DNA from: Planctomycetota bacterium
GTDB taxonomy: Bacteria; Planctomycetota; B15-G4
Length of the DNA stretch: 64,000 nt
Assembly (NCBI GenBank): GCA_038212275.1
Contig: JBBQUR010000019.1
Coordinates: forward strand, 34,627-98,626
Direction of reading: 5' to 3'
Shown: in pieces, positions 63,945-64,000 of the stretch
Position numbering within the stretch: position 1 is the first letter of the stretch
Layout: each line of letters begins with the position of its first letter
Position numbers and translations under genes: made by a program
The notes under the pieces: model-generated
Seen by the model: only the letters and a program-made list of their open reading frames with translations
Told to the model about the DNA's origin: nothing
The model's database searches: none

Positions 63945-64000
63945 GGTGCGTGAGGCTACTCCACCCGCTCGTACTGCCCCCGCCCGATCCGCTTGAACCG

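Overview
High-GC bacterial chromosomal segment, most likely from a Planctomycetota (inferred from lysS-lolC-lolD synteny, a PurS-fused PurL, a CRTAC1/ASPIC-UnbV protein and an ECF sigma beside a Ser/Thr kinase). The housekeeping backbone is purL-purQ-rpiA, accA, tig-clpP-clpX-rlmN, lysS-lolC-lolD, ETF-QO, leuS, tRNA-Ala(GGC) and tRNA-Arg(CCG). The standout accessory locus is 44.7-53.7 kb. It holds 11 co-oriented type IV prepilin genes (3 major-type, 3 PilW/GspJ-like, 2 PilV/GspI-like, 2 PilX/GspK-like, 1 FimT/GspH-like) and no assembly machinery. The array is split into six units, each preceded by the same sigma28-like motif CTCAA(G/C)-N15/16-GHCGA, and a seventh copy precedes an orphan pilin-like gene at 40.9 kb. 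Other notable signals: (1) an olsB-olsA-dinB-NRDE/TANGO2 operon next to argE; (2) a shared ~110-130 aa beta domain at the C-terminus of two secreted propeller proteins and the N-terminus of a third; (3) repeated in-frame 9/12-bp tandem-repeat expansions in unrelated genes; (4) a ~126-nt rod-shaped RNA-like element; (5) many apparently leaderless genes; (6) two AT-richer islands (28.9-32.4 kb, and downstream of tRNA-Arg). All family assignments are from motif recognition by eye; no searches were run.
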